Program-made: the position numbers and the translations under genes
In this document: piece after piece, positions 45,697-54,810 of the stretch
How positions within the stretch are numbered: position 1 is the stretch's first letter
How the letters are laid out: the number at the start of each line of letters is the position of its first letter
NCBI GenBank assembly: GCA_964637705.1
Contig: CAZWVM010000003.1
Coordinates: forward strand, 1 to 57,351
Source of the DNA: an uncultured bacterium
GTDB taxonomy: Bacteria; UBA8481
DNA length: 57,351 nucleotides
Direction: 5' to 3'
Notes under the pieces: model-generated
What the model was told of the DNA's origin: nothing
What the model saw: the letters and a program-made list of their open reading frames with translations, nothing else
Databases searched by the model: none

Positions 45697-46622
45697 CGGC
45701 CGTAGATGAGGGCGGCCGCTCCGCGCACGGTCGCGAAGGTGTCGTAGCGGCGGATCTCCCCGGTTTCCCCCTCGAACCGCCACTTCCGGATCCAGAGACA
45801 CCGATCCTTTGCGCAGGTGAGAAGCCCGTTCGCGCTCACCTCGTAGACCCGGCCCGGTTCTCCGAAGACGTTGCGCTTGGCCCGCCGCGACGCGAGCAGC
45901 CTGACGCGGCGGCCGTTGACGAAGCTGTGTGCGCCGGGATAGGGATCCGTCAATGCACGGATCCGGTTGTGGATCTCCTCGGCCGTCAGCTGGTCGAAGA
46001 GAACGAACCCGTCCTCGGGGAATCGCAGGGGATAGTAGCCGGCCCGGGCTTCGTCCTGGACGCGTTTCTCCAGGCGCCCATCCTTCATCCTCGCCAGCGT
46101 CTCGACGAGCATCGCCGGAAACTCACGGTTCGCGATCGCCTGCAGGTCCGCGATGGAATCATCCGGTCCGATCGGGAAGGTTCGATCGAGAAGGACGGGA
46201 CCGGAATCCACGCCCGCATCGACCTCGATGACCGAAAGCGTGAAGGAACTCCAACCGTGGATCAGGGCCCAGTTCATCGGGGAGGAGCCGCGGCACTCGG
46301 GAAGCTTCCCCGCGTGGGTGTTGATGCATCCCCGGGGGAAAAGCGCGATCGTTGAGGGCTCGAGGATCGGGCCGTACCCGGAGAGCACCATGAGATCGGC
46401 ACCTTGTCCCGCCAGGGCCCGGCACGATTCCTCCGCGTTGATGTCTGCGGGGGAAAGGACCGGGATCCCCTTAGCGAGCGCCGCGGCGGCAAAGGATCGA
46501 ACCGGGGGCGTCGCACCCGGGAAAGGGTGTGCCACGGCGGCGGCGACGTCGAAACCCGCATCGATCAGGGCCTCGAGACAGGCCGTTCCCCGTTCCTTGT
46601 TTCCCGCGACCAGGATCTTCAT
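45693..46622 (-). CDS. Formyltransferase (Fmt/ArnA-N-like)
   Basis: INTHAGKLPECRGSSP, VDSGP and IRALTDPYPGA motifs, with a C-terminal Fmt domain. Confidence 0.88.
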   Translation of the reverse strand: MKILVAGNKERGTACLEALIDAGFDVAAAVAHPFPGATPPVRSFAAAALAKGIPVLSPADINAEESCRALAGQGADLMVLSGYGPILEPSTIALFPRGCINTHAGKLPECRGSSPMNWALIHGWSSFTLSVIEVDAGVDSGPVLLDRTFPIGPDDSIADLQAIANREFPAMLVETLARMKDGRLEKRVQDEARAGYYPLRFPEDGFVLFDQLTAEEIHNRIRALTDPYPGAHSFVNGRRVRLLASRRAKRNVFGEPGRVYEVSANGLLTCAKDRCLWIRKWRFEGETGEIRRYDTFATVRGAAALIYGR

Positions 46623-46665
46623 GAACCGTCATTCTCGTCCGCCTGCCCTGATTCGTCAACACGGC

Positions 46666-46857
46666 CCCCGCGACAGGATGCATCCGTGGATCGTAGGTAA
46701 CGACATCCTGTGCCTCGCTCATTCTCATCGCGCCTCCTGCGCGATTCCGAGGCCTCGCCCGTCCCACCAGACCTCCGTGTCGTGGACCGGGCTCGGAATC
46801 CGCTCGGCACTAGAATGTCGTTACCTACGAATCGCGAACGCTCCCCGCGACAGGATG
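46666..46857. repeat. 15-bp direct repeat CCCCGCGACAGGATG flanking the IR element
   Basis: Identical copies at 46666-46680 and 46843-46857. The second copy is part of a hairpin with TCGCGGGG at 46859-46866. Confidence 0.75.
46691..46830. repeat. 140-bp element with perfect 16-bp terminal inverted repeats (MITE-like or invertible segment)
   Basis: TCGTAGGTAACGACAT at 46691-46706 and its exact reverse complement at 46815-46830; nested IR GATTCCGAG at 46743-46751/46792-46800. Confidence 0.8.
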
Positions 46858-46881
46858 ATCGCGGGGAACTAGAATCCCCCC

Positions 46882-48708
46882 ATGGCGCGCATCGCGGGCA
46901 TTCTCTCCGAAGAACCTCCCCTGACCGACGAACTCCGGTCCATGCTCGCCGCTGCCGCGCCCGGCGTCGAGGTGAAGTCGACCGACGGCCCGGGTCTTCT
47001 CATGGGATCCGCTGCAGGCAGCGTGACCCGCACCGCCGCCGGCATTTCGGTCGCTCTCGACGGAACCGTCTACAACCGGGCGGATTTCCCGCGCGCGGCC
47101 TCGGACGCTGAGCTCGTGGCGTTTCTCTACGAGAAGCACGGTCTCCTCGAAACCCTGCGCCGTCTCAACGGCGACTTCGCCCTTGCGCTCTTCGACGAGT
47201 CGTCCCGGACGCTCTGGATCGCCCGGGATCGCTTCGGCATCAAGCCGCTCTACTACCGCGACCGTCCCGGCCGTTTCCTCTTCGCCTCCCGCTGCGCCTC
47301 GCTCCTCGCTCTCCCCGAGGTACCTTCCGACGTCGACCGGGCGTTTGTTGCGCGATTCGCGGGTCTCCATTACCGCTGCATCGACAACGAGCCCGGTGCG
47401 TCTCCCTACGCCGCCATCGCTCAACTTCCCGCCGCGACCGCCCTCGAGGTCGTCCCGGGGAAGGAACCTCGGCTTCACGACTGGTGGACGCTCCGGGACG
47501 AGGGCGACTTCGTGAAGCCGGAGGAGGATCTCGCGGCTGAATACCGCGCGCTCCTCCTCGACGCCGTCCGGATCCGCCTGGAATCCGCGCCGCGCCGCGC
47601 CTTCACGCTCTCGGGCGGGATGGATTCCTCCTCCGTCCTCTCCTGCGCCGTCCATCTCTCCGGCCGGAAGGAACAGGCCTTCTCGACCGTTTACGAGGAC
47701 GCGACCTACGACGAATCCACGGACATCCGGAGCATCCTCGAGGCGGTGGTGGAGGAGTGGCGCCGCGTCCGGGTCGGAACGCCCGACGTCTTCTCCCTCG
47801 TCGACGAGATGGTGGCCGTTCATGACGAACCCGTCGCCACCGCCACCTGGCTCTCCCATTTCCTGCTCTGCCGCGCCGTCCGCGAGGCCGGCTTCACGGC
47901 CCTCTTCGGCGGCCTGGGCGGGGACGAGATCAACGCGGGCGAATACGAGCATTTCCTCTTCCACTTCGCCGACCTTCGCGCGAGCGGCCGCGGGGCGGAA
48001 CTGGAGCGAGAGACCGCGGGCTGGATCCGCCACCACGACCACCCGGTCTTCAGGAAAAGCGCCGCTGTCCGCGACGAGGCCCTCGCCCGCCTCGTCGATC
48101 TCACCCGCCCCGGAATCTGCCGACCCGACGACGCGCGCCTCGCGCGATACCGCGACGCCGTCGCCCGCGACTACTTCGACCTCGCATCCTTCGTGCCCCG
48201 CATGGATCACCCCTTCGCCAGCTACCTCAAGAACCGCACCTGGCAGGATTTGAGCCGCGAGACGATTCCATGCTGTCTCAGGGGCGAGGACCGGCAGGCG
48301 GAAGCTGCGGGAATCGAGAACCGCCTTCCCTTCTTCGACCATCGGCTGGCCGAGTTCATGTTCCGGGTTCCGGGAACCATGAAATTCCGTGACGGCGTCA
48401 GCAAGATCCTCCTGAGAAGGGCGATGAGGGAGATCGTGCCCGAGGAAACGCGGACACGTGTGAAGAAGACGGGATGGAACGCCCCCGCTCACGTCTGGTT
48501 CTCGGGTAACAGGCTCGCGCGGCTCCGTGACATCGTCGCCTCACCCGTTCTGGACGGCCTCTACGACAGGAAACGTGTCACGGCTCTCCTCGCGGATCAC
48601 GAGGCGATCGTCACCTCGGGGAGGCCCGCGGAAAATCACATGATGTTTTTCTGGCAACTGGTGAATCTCGAAGCGTGGCTGAGGCATCACGGTCTTCGCG
48701 GCCGCTGA
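46882..48708 (+). CDS. AsnB-like ATP-dependent amide synthetase lacking the N-terminal Cys
   Basis: Starts MARIAG instead of MCGIAG; keeps RDRFGIKPL, SGGMDSS, GLGGDE, ENRLPFFD and KKTGW. Confidence 0.88.
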   Translation: MARIAGILSEEPPLTDELRSMLAAAAPGVEVKSTDGPGLLMGSAAGSVTRTAAGISVALDGTVYNRADFPRAASDAELVAFLYEKHGLLETLRRLNGDFALALFDESSRTLWIARDRFGIKPLYYRDRPGRFLFASRCASLLALPEVPSDVDRAFVARFAGLHYRCIDNEPGASPYAAIAQLPAATALEVVPGKEPRLHDWWTLRDEGDFVKPEEDLAAEYRALLLDAVRIRLESAPRRAFTLSGGMDSSSVLSCAVHLSGRKEQAFSTVYEDATYDESTDIRSILEAVVEEWRRVRVGTPDVFSLVDEMVAVHDEPVATATWLSHFLLCRAVREAGFTALFGGLGGDEINAGEYEHFLFHFADLRASGRGAELERETAGWIRHHDHPVFRKSAAVRDEALARLVDLTRPGICRPDDARLARYRDAVARDYFDLASFVPRMDHPFASYLKNRTWQDLSRETIPCCLRGEDRQAEAAGIENRLPFFDHRLAEFMFRVPGTMKFRDGVSKILLRRAMREIVPEETRTRVKKTGWNAPAHVWFSGNRLARLRDIVASPVLDGLYDRKRVTALLADHEAIVTSGRPAENHMMFFWQLVNLEAWLRHHGLRGR

Positions 48709-48733
48709 CCGGCACGGTCGCTGACCGGCGCGA

Positions 48734-50776
48734 TCACGGGCCAGTTCGCGGTTCCGTCCTCGTCTTTCGCCAGAAGGTCTCGGCGCGATGCTCGAGCAGG
48801 GTTCTTGCCAGGCCAAACTCGCGGTCGGATCCGTAAAGAGTTCGAGCCTGTTCAACGAGGGTTCTCAACTTCGGCCCGTCTCGGCTCAGTCGGCACCGAA
48901 TCGGCCTCATGAATTCGGCCAGTTTCCGACCGTCTTCCGACTCGTACCAGCCGGCAACATCGTGCGACAGGTCGAGAACGATCTCGTCTTCCGTCCCCTC
49001 TCCCATGAACAACGGCGCGAAATCGCGGGCCGCCGTCATCCAGCGGAAACTGTCGCGGAGCGCGGCGCGGTCCGAAGCGGAAAGAGCCGGCTCGGCGCAC
49101 TCCTCCAGCGCGACGAAGCAAGTCTCCACGAACGGACCGAAGGAACGGCAGAGAATCTGCGTCCGGTATTTTCTCACAAGATTGTCCCCGATCTTCCCCT
49201 CGAGAAGATCCCGGTAGGTATCGGGCTCGGAGAACCGTCGCCGCAAGGGATCACGCGACTCCGCCAATTCGGCTTCGGTCTCACCGAGGAAGTCATGGTA
49301 GAGGGCGTGGCAGGGATGGTCCGTGTTCAGCAGGCGCCGCCGCAGGTTCTCGAGGAAGGCGGACCTGTCGATCCCGAGTTCCGTCATGTGCCGCCCCAAC
49401 AGGTCGTATTGCCGATCGGCGAGAACGACGCATAGGAAGGCGAAGCCCCGCGACTCCAGGTAATCCGCGAAGGGCATCGTCGTCGTCTCGACGCAAACCT
49501 CCTCGATCTCGAAGCATTTCTCTCCGCGATACTCGCCGAACTGGCGGGGAATGAGCCGGAACCGGGTTTTCATGCCGCGACGTGCCCGCCAATCCGGATC
49601 GGCAAAACAGGTGCCGGGCAGGACCATGAGAGTGAACGGCGTGATGCTGTCCGCTCCGGCCGCAAAGAACTCGCCGACGCCCTTCCGGAACGTTTCCAGG
49701 GTCTCCTCCGGCAGGGGCACGATCAGTTCCACGTCGGATTTCATGCGGTGCCTGCGGATCTCCCCCTGCACGCGGCGGTATTCATCGAGGCTCATGTTCC
49801 GCCGGTTGATGTCCTGGAGCGTTCGCGGGTTGAGCGATTGAAAGGAGCACGAGATGTTCATCCTCTTCTTCATGACTTCGGACATCCTCAACACGCGATC
49901 GTATTGGCGGCTGGTGTCAGCGATGATGGAGAGCGGCCAGCCGTGTTCGTCCTGGAGCCGCCCGATGTGCTCCGCGATCTCCTCGTCGCGATCGAGGATG
50001 CCGAAGTTGCTGTCCAGGATGTAAAGCGGCAGGTGAGGATGGCCGGCCATGCGTCGGGCGATATAGGCCAGTTCCTCTTTGACCCGTTCCAGGGGAAAGG
50101 GGACAACCCTGCTGTAAAGGGAATGGCTCGCGCGACAATAAGCGCAGTCATGGGGACATCCCCGGGCCGTCTGGATGGCGGGGGCGTAAGAGCCGTCGAA
50201 CCATCCGTCCATCAGCCCGGTCAGGTAGGGCGACGGGACTTCCCCCAGGTCCGGTATGCGGGGTGACGGCCCTTCGAAGAGCAGGTTTCCCTCCCGCGGA
50301 TCCAGAGTCATGATGCCGCTTCGCGCCGCGCTCCTGAGGCGCGCGCGATCCTCGTCGAGAATCCGGTCGCGAATAAGATCGGTGAAGACGACCTCTCCTT
50401 CGAGATAGGCGTAGAAGTCGATTTCGGGCCGCGCCCGCAGGAAATCCCGACAGGCCGCCGGTTCGACCGGAATGTCCGGGCCGCCCGCCACGCAGATCGT
50501 TCCGGGTTTTCTCTCCCGGCAGTAGGCAAAGGCGCGGCGGTTGAGATCGGCGTTCCACATGAAATTCGTCAACCCGACGACATCCGGTTTCCAGTCGTCC
50601 GCGTCGTCGAAGAACCGCGCTGGATCCTCGTAGAATCGAAGCTCCACCTGTTCACCGAGATGCTCGACGAGGTAGGCCCCGACGAAACCGATGCCCAAGG
50701 GCATGAGCGAGGAGTGGCGGCCGATCGTCCGATGGCGCAGTTCTCCCAGGGCGATCTTCAAGGGTCCTCCGGCCAT
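48734..50776 (-). CDS. B12-binding radical SAM enzyme
   Basis: PLGIGFVGAYL, VAGGP, EGE, SPYL, QTARGCPHDCAYC and DSNFG motifs. Confidence 0.9.
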   Translation of the reverse strand: MAGGPLKIALGELRHRTIGRHSSLMPLGIGFVGAYLVEHLGEQVELRFYEDPARFFDDADDWKPDVVGLTNFMWNADLNRRAFAYCRERKPGTICVAGGPDIPVEPAACRDFLRARPEIDFYAYLEGEVVFTDLIRDRILDEDRARLRSAARSGIMTLDPREGNLLFEGPSPRIPDLGEVPSPYLTGLMDGWFDGSYAPAIQTARGCPHDCAYCRASHSLYSRVVPFPLERVKEELAYIARRMAGHPHLPLYILDSNFGILDRDEEIAEHIGRLQDEHGWPLSIIADTSRQYDRVLRMSEVMKKRMNISCSFQSLNPRTLQDINRRNMSLDEYRRVQGEIRRHRMKSDVELIVPLPEETLETFRKGVGEFFAAGADSITPFTLMVLPGTCFADPDWRARRGMKTRFRLIPRQFGEYRGEKCFEIEEVCVETTTMPFADYLESRGFAFLCVVLADRQYDLLGRHMTELGIDRSAFLENLRRRLLNTDHPCHALYHDFLGETEAELAESRDPLRRRFSEPDTYRDLLEGKIGDNLVRKYRTQILCRSFGPFVETCFVALEECAEPALSASDRAALRDSFRWMTAARDFAPLFMGEGTEDEIVLDLSHDVAGWYESEDGRKLAEFMRPIRCRLSRDGPKLRTLVEQARTLYGSDREFGLARTLLEHRAETFWRKTRTEPRTGP

Positions 50777-50854
50777 CGCGTGACATCATAGTCGCGAACG
50801 ACCGTTTCTTGAATCCTGTTGTCAGGCCCGGGGGCCGGGGGTACTCTTCGCGCC
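50777..50854. promoter_or_regulatory. Back-to-back putative leaderless promoters
   Basis: Minus-strand TATGAT (50785-50790) 8 nt before ATG 50776; plus-strand TACTCT (50842-50847) 7 nt before ATG 50855; no SD in either case. Confidence 0.5.
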
Positions 50855-52492
50855 ATGAAGCCGCGCGTGCTCTTTCACCTCCATCCCCTCGTAGTTTTCG
50901 CCGGGCGCAGCCTTCACCTGCGAAGCATGGACCTGGCCGGGTCGACGCCGGCCGCCACGCATTTCGTGAGCCGATTGCGCTCCTTCGGTTATGACTCCAT
51001 CACCGTCTGCATCGAGAATTTCCGCCCGGCCTGGGCTTCCGAAAAGGATGTAGCCGAGGCACGGTCGAAGGCCGAGGCCTGGGCCCGCGGGGAGAACCTC
51101 TCCTTCTTCCACCATGACCTCCGGGAGGATGACCCGCGGGAGTACGGCGCCTCCATGCACGCGAATCTCTCGGGCGGGGAGGACGGCCTCTTCCTCGATC
51201 TGAGCCTCCGCTCGCTCTTCGTGCCGCGCGAGGAACTCGCGGCCCTCGAGGCTCCCCTCGCGGATGCCGCGGTCCTCGCGTGCTTCCGCATTCCCGCGTG
51301 GGAAGGCATGTGGCTCGCCCGGAAGAGCTATTACTCCGAGAGCGCGAAGCGCGAAGTCTACGGGACGAAATCCGCCTCGATCCTCCCCCCCGCCACCGAG
51401 TGCCCCCTCAAGTTCCCCGAGTGGGATCTCCGTCTCGCCTTCCTTCCCGTCGTCGAAAGGCTGTCGAAGACGGCCCCTCCCGAGGAGTGGTCCTACGACC
51501 ACCTGGTGAAGCTCAGGCAGGCCGAGCCTTCCCTCTTCCGCCCGTATTGTTCACACGTCGGCGTCGAGCTCACGAACGAGGACAACCTGCCCCGTCTCCG
51601 GCATCCGTCGAAGATTTCGAAACGGCCGACCGGATTCCTTTCCGACGATTCCTGGCAGGCCCTGCTCGAGTCCCTGCCGGTCGACATGACCCCGTTCTCG
51701 CTCGATTTCTGGGATTTCGGCGAGCCGCTCCTGCATCCCCGCGCGATCGACTTCGTCGAGCAGGCCGCCCGCAAGGGCGCCCGGGTCGATCTCTACACCA
51801 ACGGGATCCTCCTCGACGCGGAGAAGGCGGCGCGGCTCGCCTCCTCCGGACTCGACGCCCTCTTCTTCCGCCTCGACGCCGCCACGCCGGAGACCCATGC
51901 GCGCGTCGGCGGAAAAGCCGGTGATTTCGAGCGGGCGACGAAGAACCTGGCCGCCTTTCTCGCGGCCAAGAAATCCCGCTGCGCAGGCCAGGCGCCCCCG
52001 TGGTCGCCCCAGGTCGCCGTCCAGATCACCGAGATGCCGGAGACGGCTGCGGACATCGACGCCTTCTTCGATCGCTACGACCTCAGGACCGCGGCCGAGA
52101 ATCGCCTGAGGGAAAAACACGGGAGGCTCCCGATGGAGCACGAGGTTCTCGCGGAGGTCCTCTCCGGTCCGGAGCCGATCGAGCACGCGATGCTGAGGCA
52201 CGACAACCTCTTCCGGGGCCGCGTCTCCCGCCCTGACTCCGAGATGTGCCCCCTCTTCCGCTTCCCCTGCCGCCAGCTCCTCGAGGGGCCCCATGTTCTC
52301 TGGAACGGCGACATCGTGCCGTGCCGGGAGGATGTCGATGGTGAACACGTCGTCGGGCACGTGAGGGACGGCCTCACCGCCGCCTGGCGCGGGGCCCGCA
52401 TGGCTTCCGTCCTCCAGGTCCACGACACGGGTTCCTGGGACGCGTCCGCCTTCTGCGGCCCCTGCAAGGAATGGTACTACCCCTTCTCTTGA
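50855..52492 (+). CDS. Degenerate radical SAM/SPASM protein (spiro-SPASM-like architecture)
   Basis: VELTNEDNLPRLRHP aligns to ELTNxCNxxCxxC with all three Cys replaced; GEPLLHP and TNGILL are kept; C-terminal PC...VPC...CGPC cluster motif. Confidence 0.8.
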   Translation: MKPRVLFHLHPLVVFAGRSLHLRSMDLAGSTPAATHFVSRLRSFGYDSITVCIENFRPAWASEKDVAEARSKAEAWARGENLSFFHHDLREDDPREYGASMHANLSGGEDGLFLDLSLRSLFVPREELAALEAPLADAAVLACFRIPAWEGMWLARKSYYSESAKREVYGTKSASILPPATECPLKFPEWDLRLAFLPVVERLSKTAPPEEWSYDHLVKLRQAEPSLFRPYCSHVGVELTNEDNLPRLRHPSKISKRPTGFLSDDSWQALLESLPVDMTPFSLDFWDFGEPLLHPRAIDFVEQAARKGARVDLYTNGILLDAEKAARLASSGLDALFFRLDAATPETHARVGGKAGDFERATKNLAAFLAAKKSRCAGQAPPWSPQVAVQITEMPETAADIDAFFDRYDLRTAAENRLREKHGRLPMEHEVLAEVLSGPEPIEHAMLRHDNLFRGRVSRPDSEMCPLFRFPCRQLLEGPHVLWNGDIVPCREDVDGEHVVGHVRDGLTAAWRGARMASVLQVHDTGSWDASAFCGPCKEWYYPFS

Positions 52493-52508
52493 TCCGATTC
52501 GCGCGGCC

Positions 52509-53186
52509 GTGATGAACTCCACCGTCATCCTCCAGGCCCGTGTCGGCTCCTCGCGCCGCCCCGGCAAGGTGCTTGCGGAGATCGCGGGCCGGACACTCCT
52601 GGACCGCGTCATGGCCCGCCTGGAGGGCGCCTGCGGCGCGCCCCAGGTCCTCGCCATTCCCGACACGGCCGACAACGATCCCCTGGCGTCGATCGGCCGT
52701 CGGCGCGAGTGGCGCGTCTTCCGCGGCAGCGAGCGGGACGTGCTCGGTCGTTACGCGGCCGCCGCCCGTGCCTTCGGCCTGGAAAGGATCCTGCGCGCCA
52801 CCGGGGACAATCCCTTCGTGGATACCCGGCTCGTCGCGGACGTCGACTCGCTCCTTCCCGGCCATGACGTCGTGCGCGCGGTCGGCTACCCGAGGGGCAC
52901 CACCGTGGCCGGTGTCACGGCACGAGCCCTGCTCGAAGCCGAGAAGGAAGCGAGCGCCGAGGAGGATCGGGAACACGTCATGCCGTTCCTCTTCGCCCGC
53001 CCGGAGCGGTTTCGAATCCGCGTGATCGAGGCCCCGGTCGGAATCGCCGATCGCTACCGCCTCACCGTGGACACGGAAGAGGACCTGGAACGAGCGCGCA
53101 GAATCGTCGAGGCCCTGGGCGATGATCCGCCCGTGGAGAGGATCTACCGGTTTCTCGACGAAACACCCGGGGCTCGGCTCGGCTAG
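52509..53186 (+). CDS. SpsF-like cytidylyltransferase
   Basis: ILQARVGSSRRPGKVL, RGSERDVL, RATGDNP, REHVMP and RLTVDTEED motifs. Confidence 0.9.
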   Translation: MMNSTVILQARVGSSRRPGKVLAEIAGRTLLDRVMARLEGACGAPQVLAIPDTADNDPLASIGRRREWRVFRGSERDVLGRYAAAARAFGLERILRATGDNPFVDTRLVADVDSLLPGHDVVRAVGYPRGTTVAGVTARALLEAEKEASAEEDREHVMPFLFARPERFRIRVIEAPVGIADRYRLTVDTEEDLERARRIVEALGDDPPVERIYRFLDETPGARLG

Positions 53187-54325
53187 GAAGCGGACTCGCC
53201 CTCGACCGCCAACACGTAGCCCTCGGCCATCCGCTCGAGAGAATGCCTCGTCTCGACAAGCCGGCGAAGCGCTTCCCCCCGGGACCGGGCCGCCTCCCTG
53301 TCGTCGAGGCAGAGCCGGATCGCCCGGGTCAATCCCTCGGGATCCTCCGGGGAGACGAGCAGCCCGTTCTCGCCGTCCCGGATCAGTTCGGCGACGCCCC
53401 CGACGGCCGCGGCGACCACGGGAAGCCCGGCCGCGCCGAACTCAAGCAGCGTAAACGGCAATCCTTCCCACCGCGAGGGAAGAACCGCCACGTCGAGCGT
53501 CCGCAGGAACGCCGGCACGTCCGTCACCTCGCCCGCGAAACGCACCCGCGGGGACAAGCCGGTTTCCCGGACCTGTTCCTCGCAAGCGCCGCGCATCTCG
53601 CCGTCCCCGCCGACCAGGAGGATCCCGTCGCCGGCTATGCGAGAGAACGCGTCGATGAGGAGATCCGGCCCCTTCTGCCTCGAGAGACGGCCGAGGAAAC
53701 CGCAGACGTTGCGTTCGCCCAGTCCCAGGACTTCTCGCAGGTCCGGTCCGGGACCGTACTCGGCCGCGTCGATCCCGTTCGGAACCACGCGTTCCACGCG
53801 GGGTCGCGCGCCGCGTTCACGCGCCCGGTCCAGGTACTCGGACGAGACCGCGACCACGACCCGGGCCCGTTCCAGCACCTTCCGTTCCTCGGTGCGGAAC
53901 CATTCCCGTTCCGCGGATCCTTCCGCGAGGTTCCCCTTGCGAAGCTCGTCGTCCGAGCGGAACGCATGCAGGGTGAGAACGACGGGAATCTCGAGGGCGG
54001 GAACGGCCGAGAACTCGAGAGGCCCCTGCGCGAGGATCGCATCGTAGCGCGTCGTCGCGAGACGCGCGCGAACCGCGCCGGCCACGAGATCCCGCCGGCG
54101 ACGAAAGGTCTCCGCCACGCCCGCGGCTTTCCCGCGCTCACGGTAGGCCTCCGCCACGGCACGGCGATACGTCTCCCGATCCGCCCCGGGCGTGTCCGAG
54201 AAGGAAACCAGGTCGAGCCGGTGCCCCAGTCGCTCGAACCCGCGCTCCAGGCGGCGGAGATGCACGGCGACGCCGTCCGAGCGGAGGGCGTCCGTCTCGA
54301 GAAGGTGTACGGCGAGGAATCTCAT
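53183..54325 (-). CDS. GT4 glycosyltransferase
   Basis: VPNGID, GRLSRQKG, EGLPFTLLE and VGGVAE motifs. Confidence 0.9.
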   Translation of the reverse strand: MRFLAVHLLETDALRSDGVAVHLRRLERGFERLGHRLDLVSFSDTPGADRETYRRAVAEAYRERGKAAGVAETFRRRRDLVAGAVRARLATTRYDAILAQGPLEFSAVPALEIPVVLTLHAFRSDDELRKGNLAEGSAEREWFRTEERKVLERARVVVAVSSEYLDRARERGARPRVERVVPNGIDAAEYGPGPDLREVLGLGERNVCGFLGRLSRQKGPDLLIDAFSRIAGDGILLVGGDGEMRGACEEQVRETGLSPRVRFAGEVTDVPAFLRTLDVAVLPSRWEGLPFTLLEFGAAGLPVVAAAVGGVAELIRDGENGLLVSPEDPEGLTRAIRLCLDDREAARSRGEALRRLVETRHSLERMAEGYVLAVEGESAS

Positions 54326-54810
54326 TTGGACGCGCGGAGCTTCACGATGAGGTCCTTGACGATGTTCCAGTAGTGGCGCTTCGCCCAGGCGCGGTCATCG
54401 ACCCGGTCCGCGTCCGGCCACCACGTGAACTCGGTCGAGATCTCCTCGAAGCGGTAATCGATGCCGTAATCCGAGCATCCCGGATCGTGGCAGAAATAGC
54501 GGAAGGTCCCCTCCGTGAAGGCCCGGACGTGGGTGGGATCCGTCCATGCGGCCGAGGAGGTGTAGTAGGGAACCTCGATCGTGATGATCCCGCCGGGCTT
54601 GAGGCACCGGTGAACCTCTCCCATGCACGCGAGCAGGTCCCGGACGTGTTCCATGACGGAATGGCAGAAGAACTCGTCCACCGAGGAGGTCCTGAGCGGC
54701 AAGCGCCCCTCGAGGTCGCCGACGATCGCCGGTCTCACGCGCGGCGTCTTGTCGAGACCCCGGAAACCCTCCCGAGGATTCCGGCCGCAGCCGAGATCGA
54801 TCCGGATCAT
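54322..54810 (-). CDS. Small class I SAM methyltransferase (type 11-like)
   Basis: IDLGCG, HSVMEH, LKPGG and WTDPTH motifs; ATGA overlap. Confidence 0.85.
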   Translation of the reverse strand: MIRIDLGCGRNPREGFRGLDKTPRVRPAIVGDLEGRLPLRTSSVDEFFCHSVMEHVRDLLACMGEVHRCLKPGGIITIEVPYYTSSAAWTDPTHVRAFTEGTFRYFCHDPGCSDYGIDYRFEEISTEFTWWPDADRVDDRAWAKRHYWNIVKDLIVKLRASK

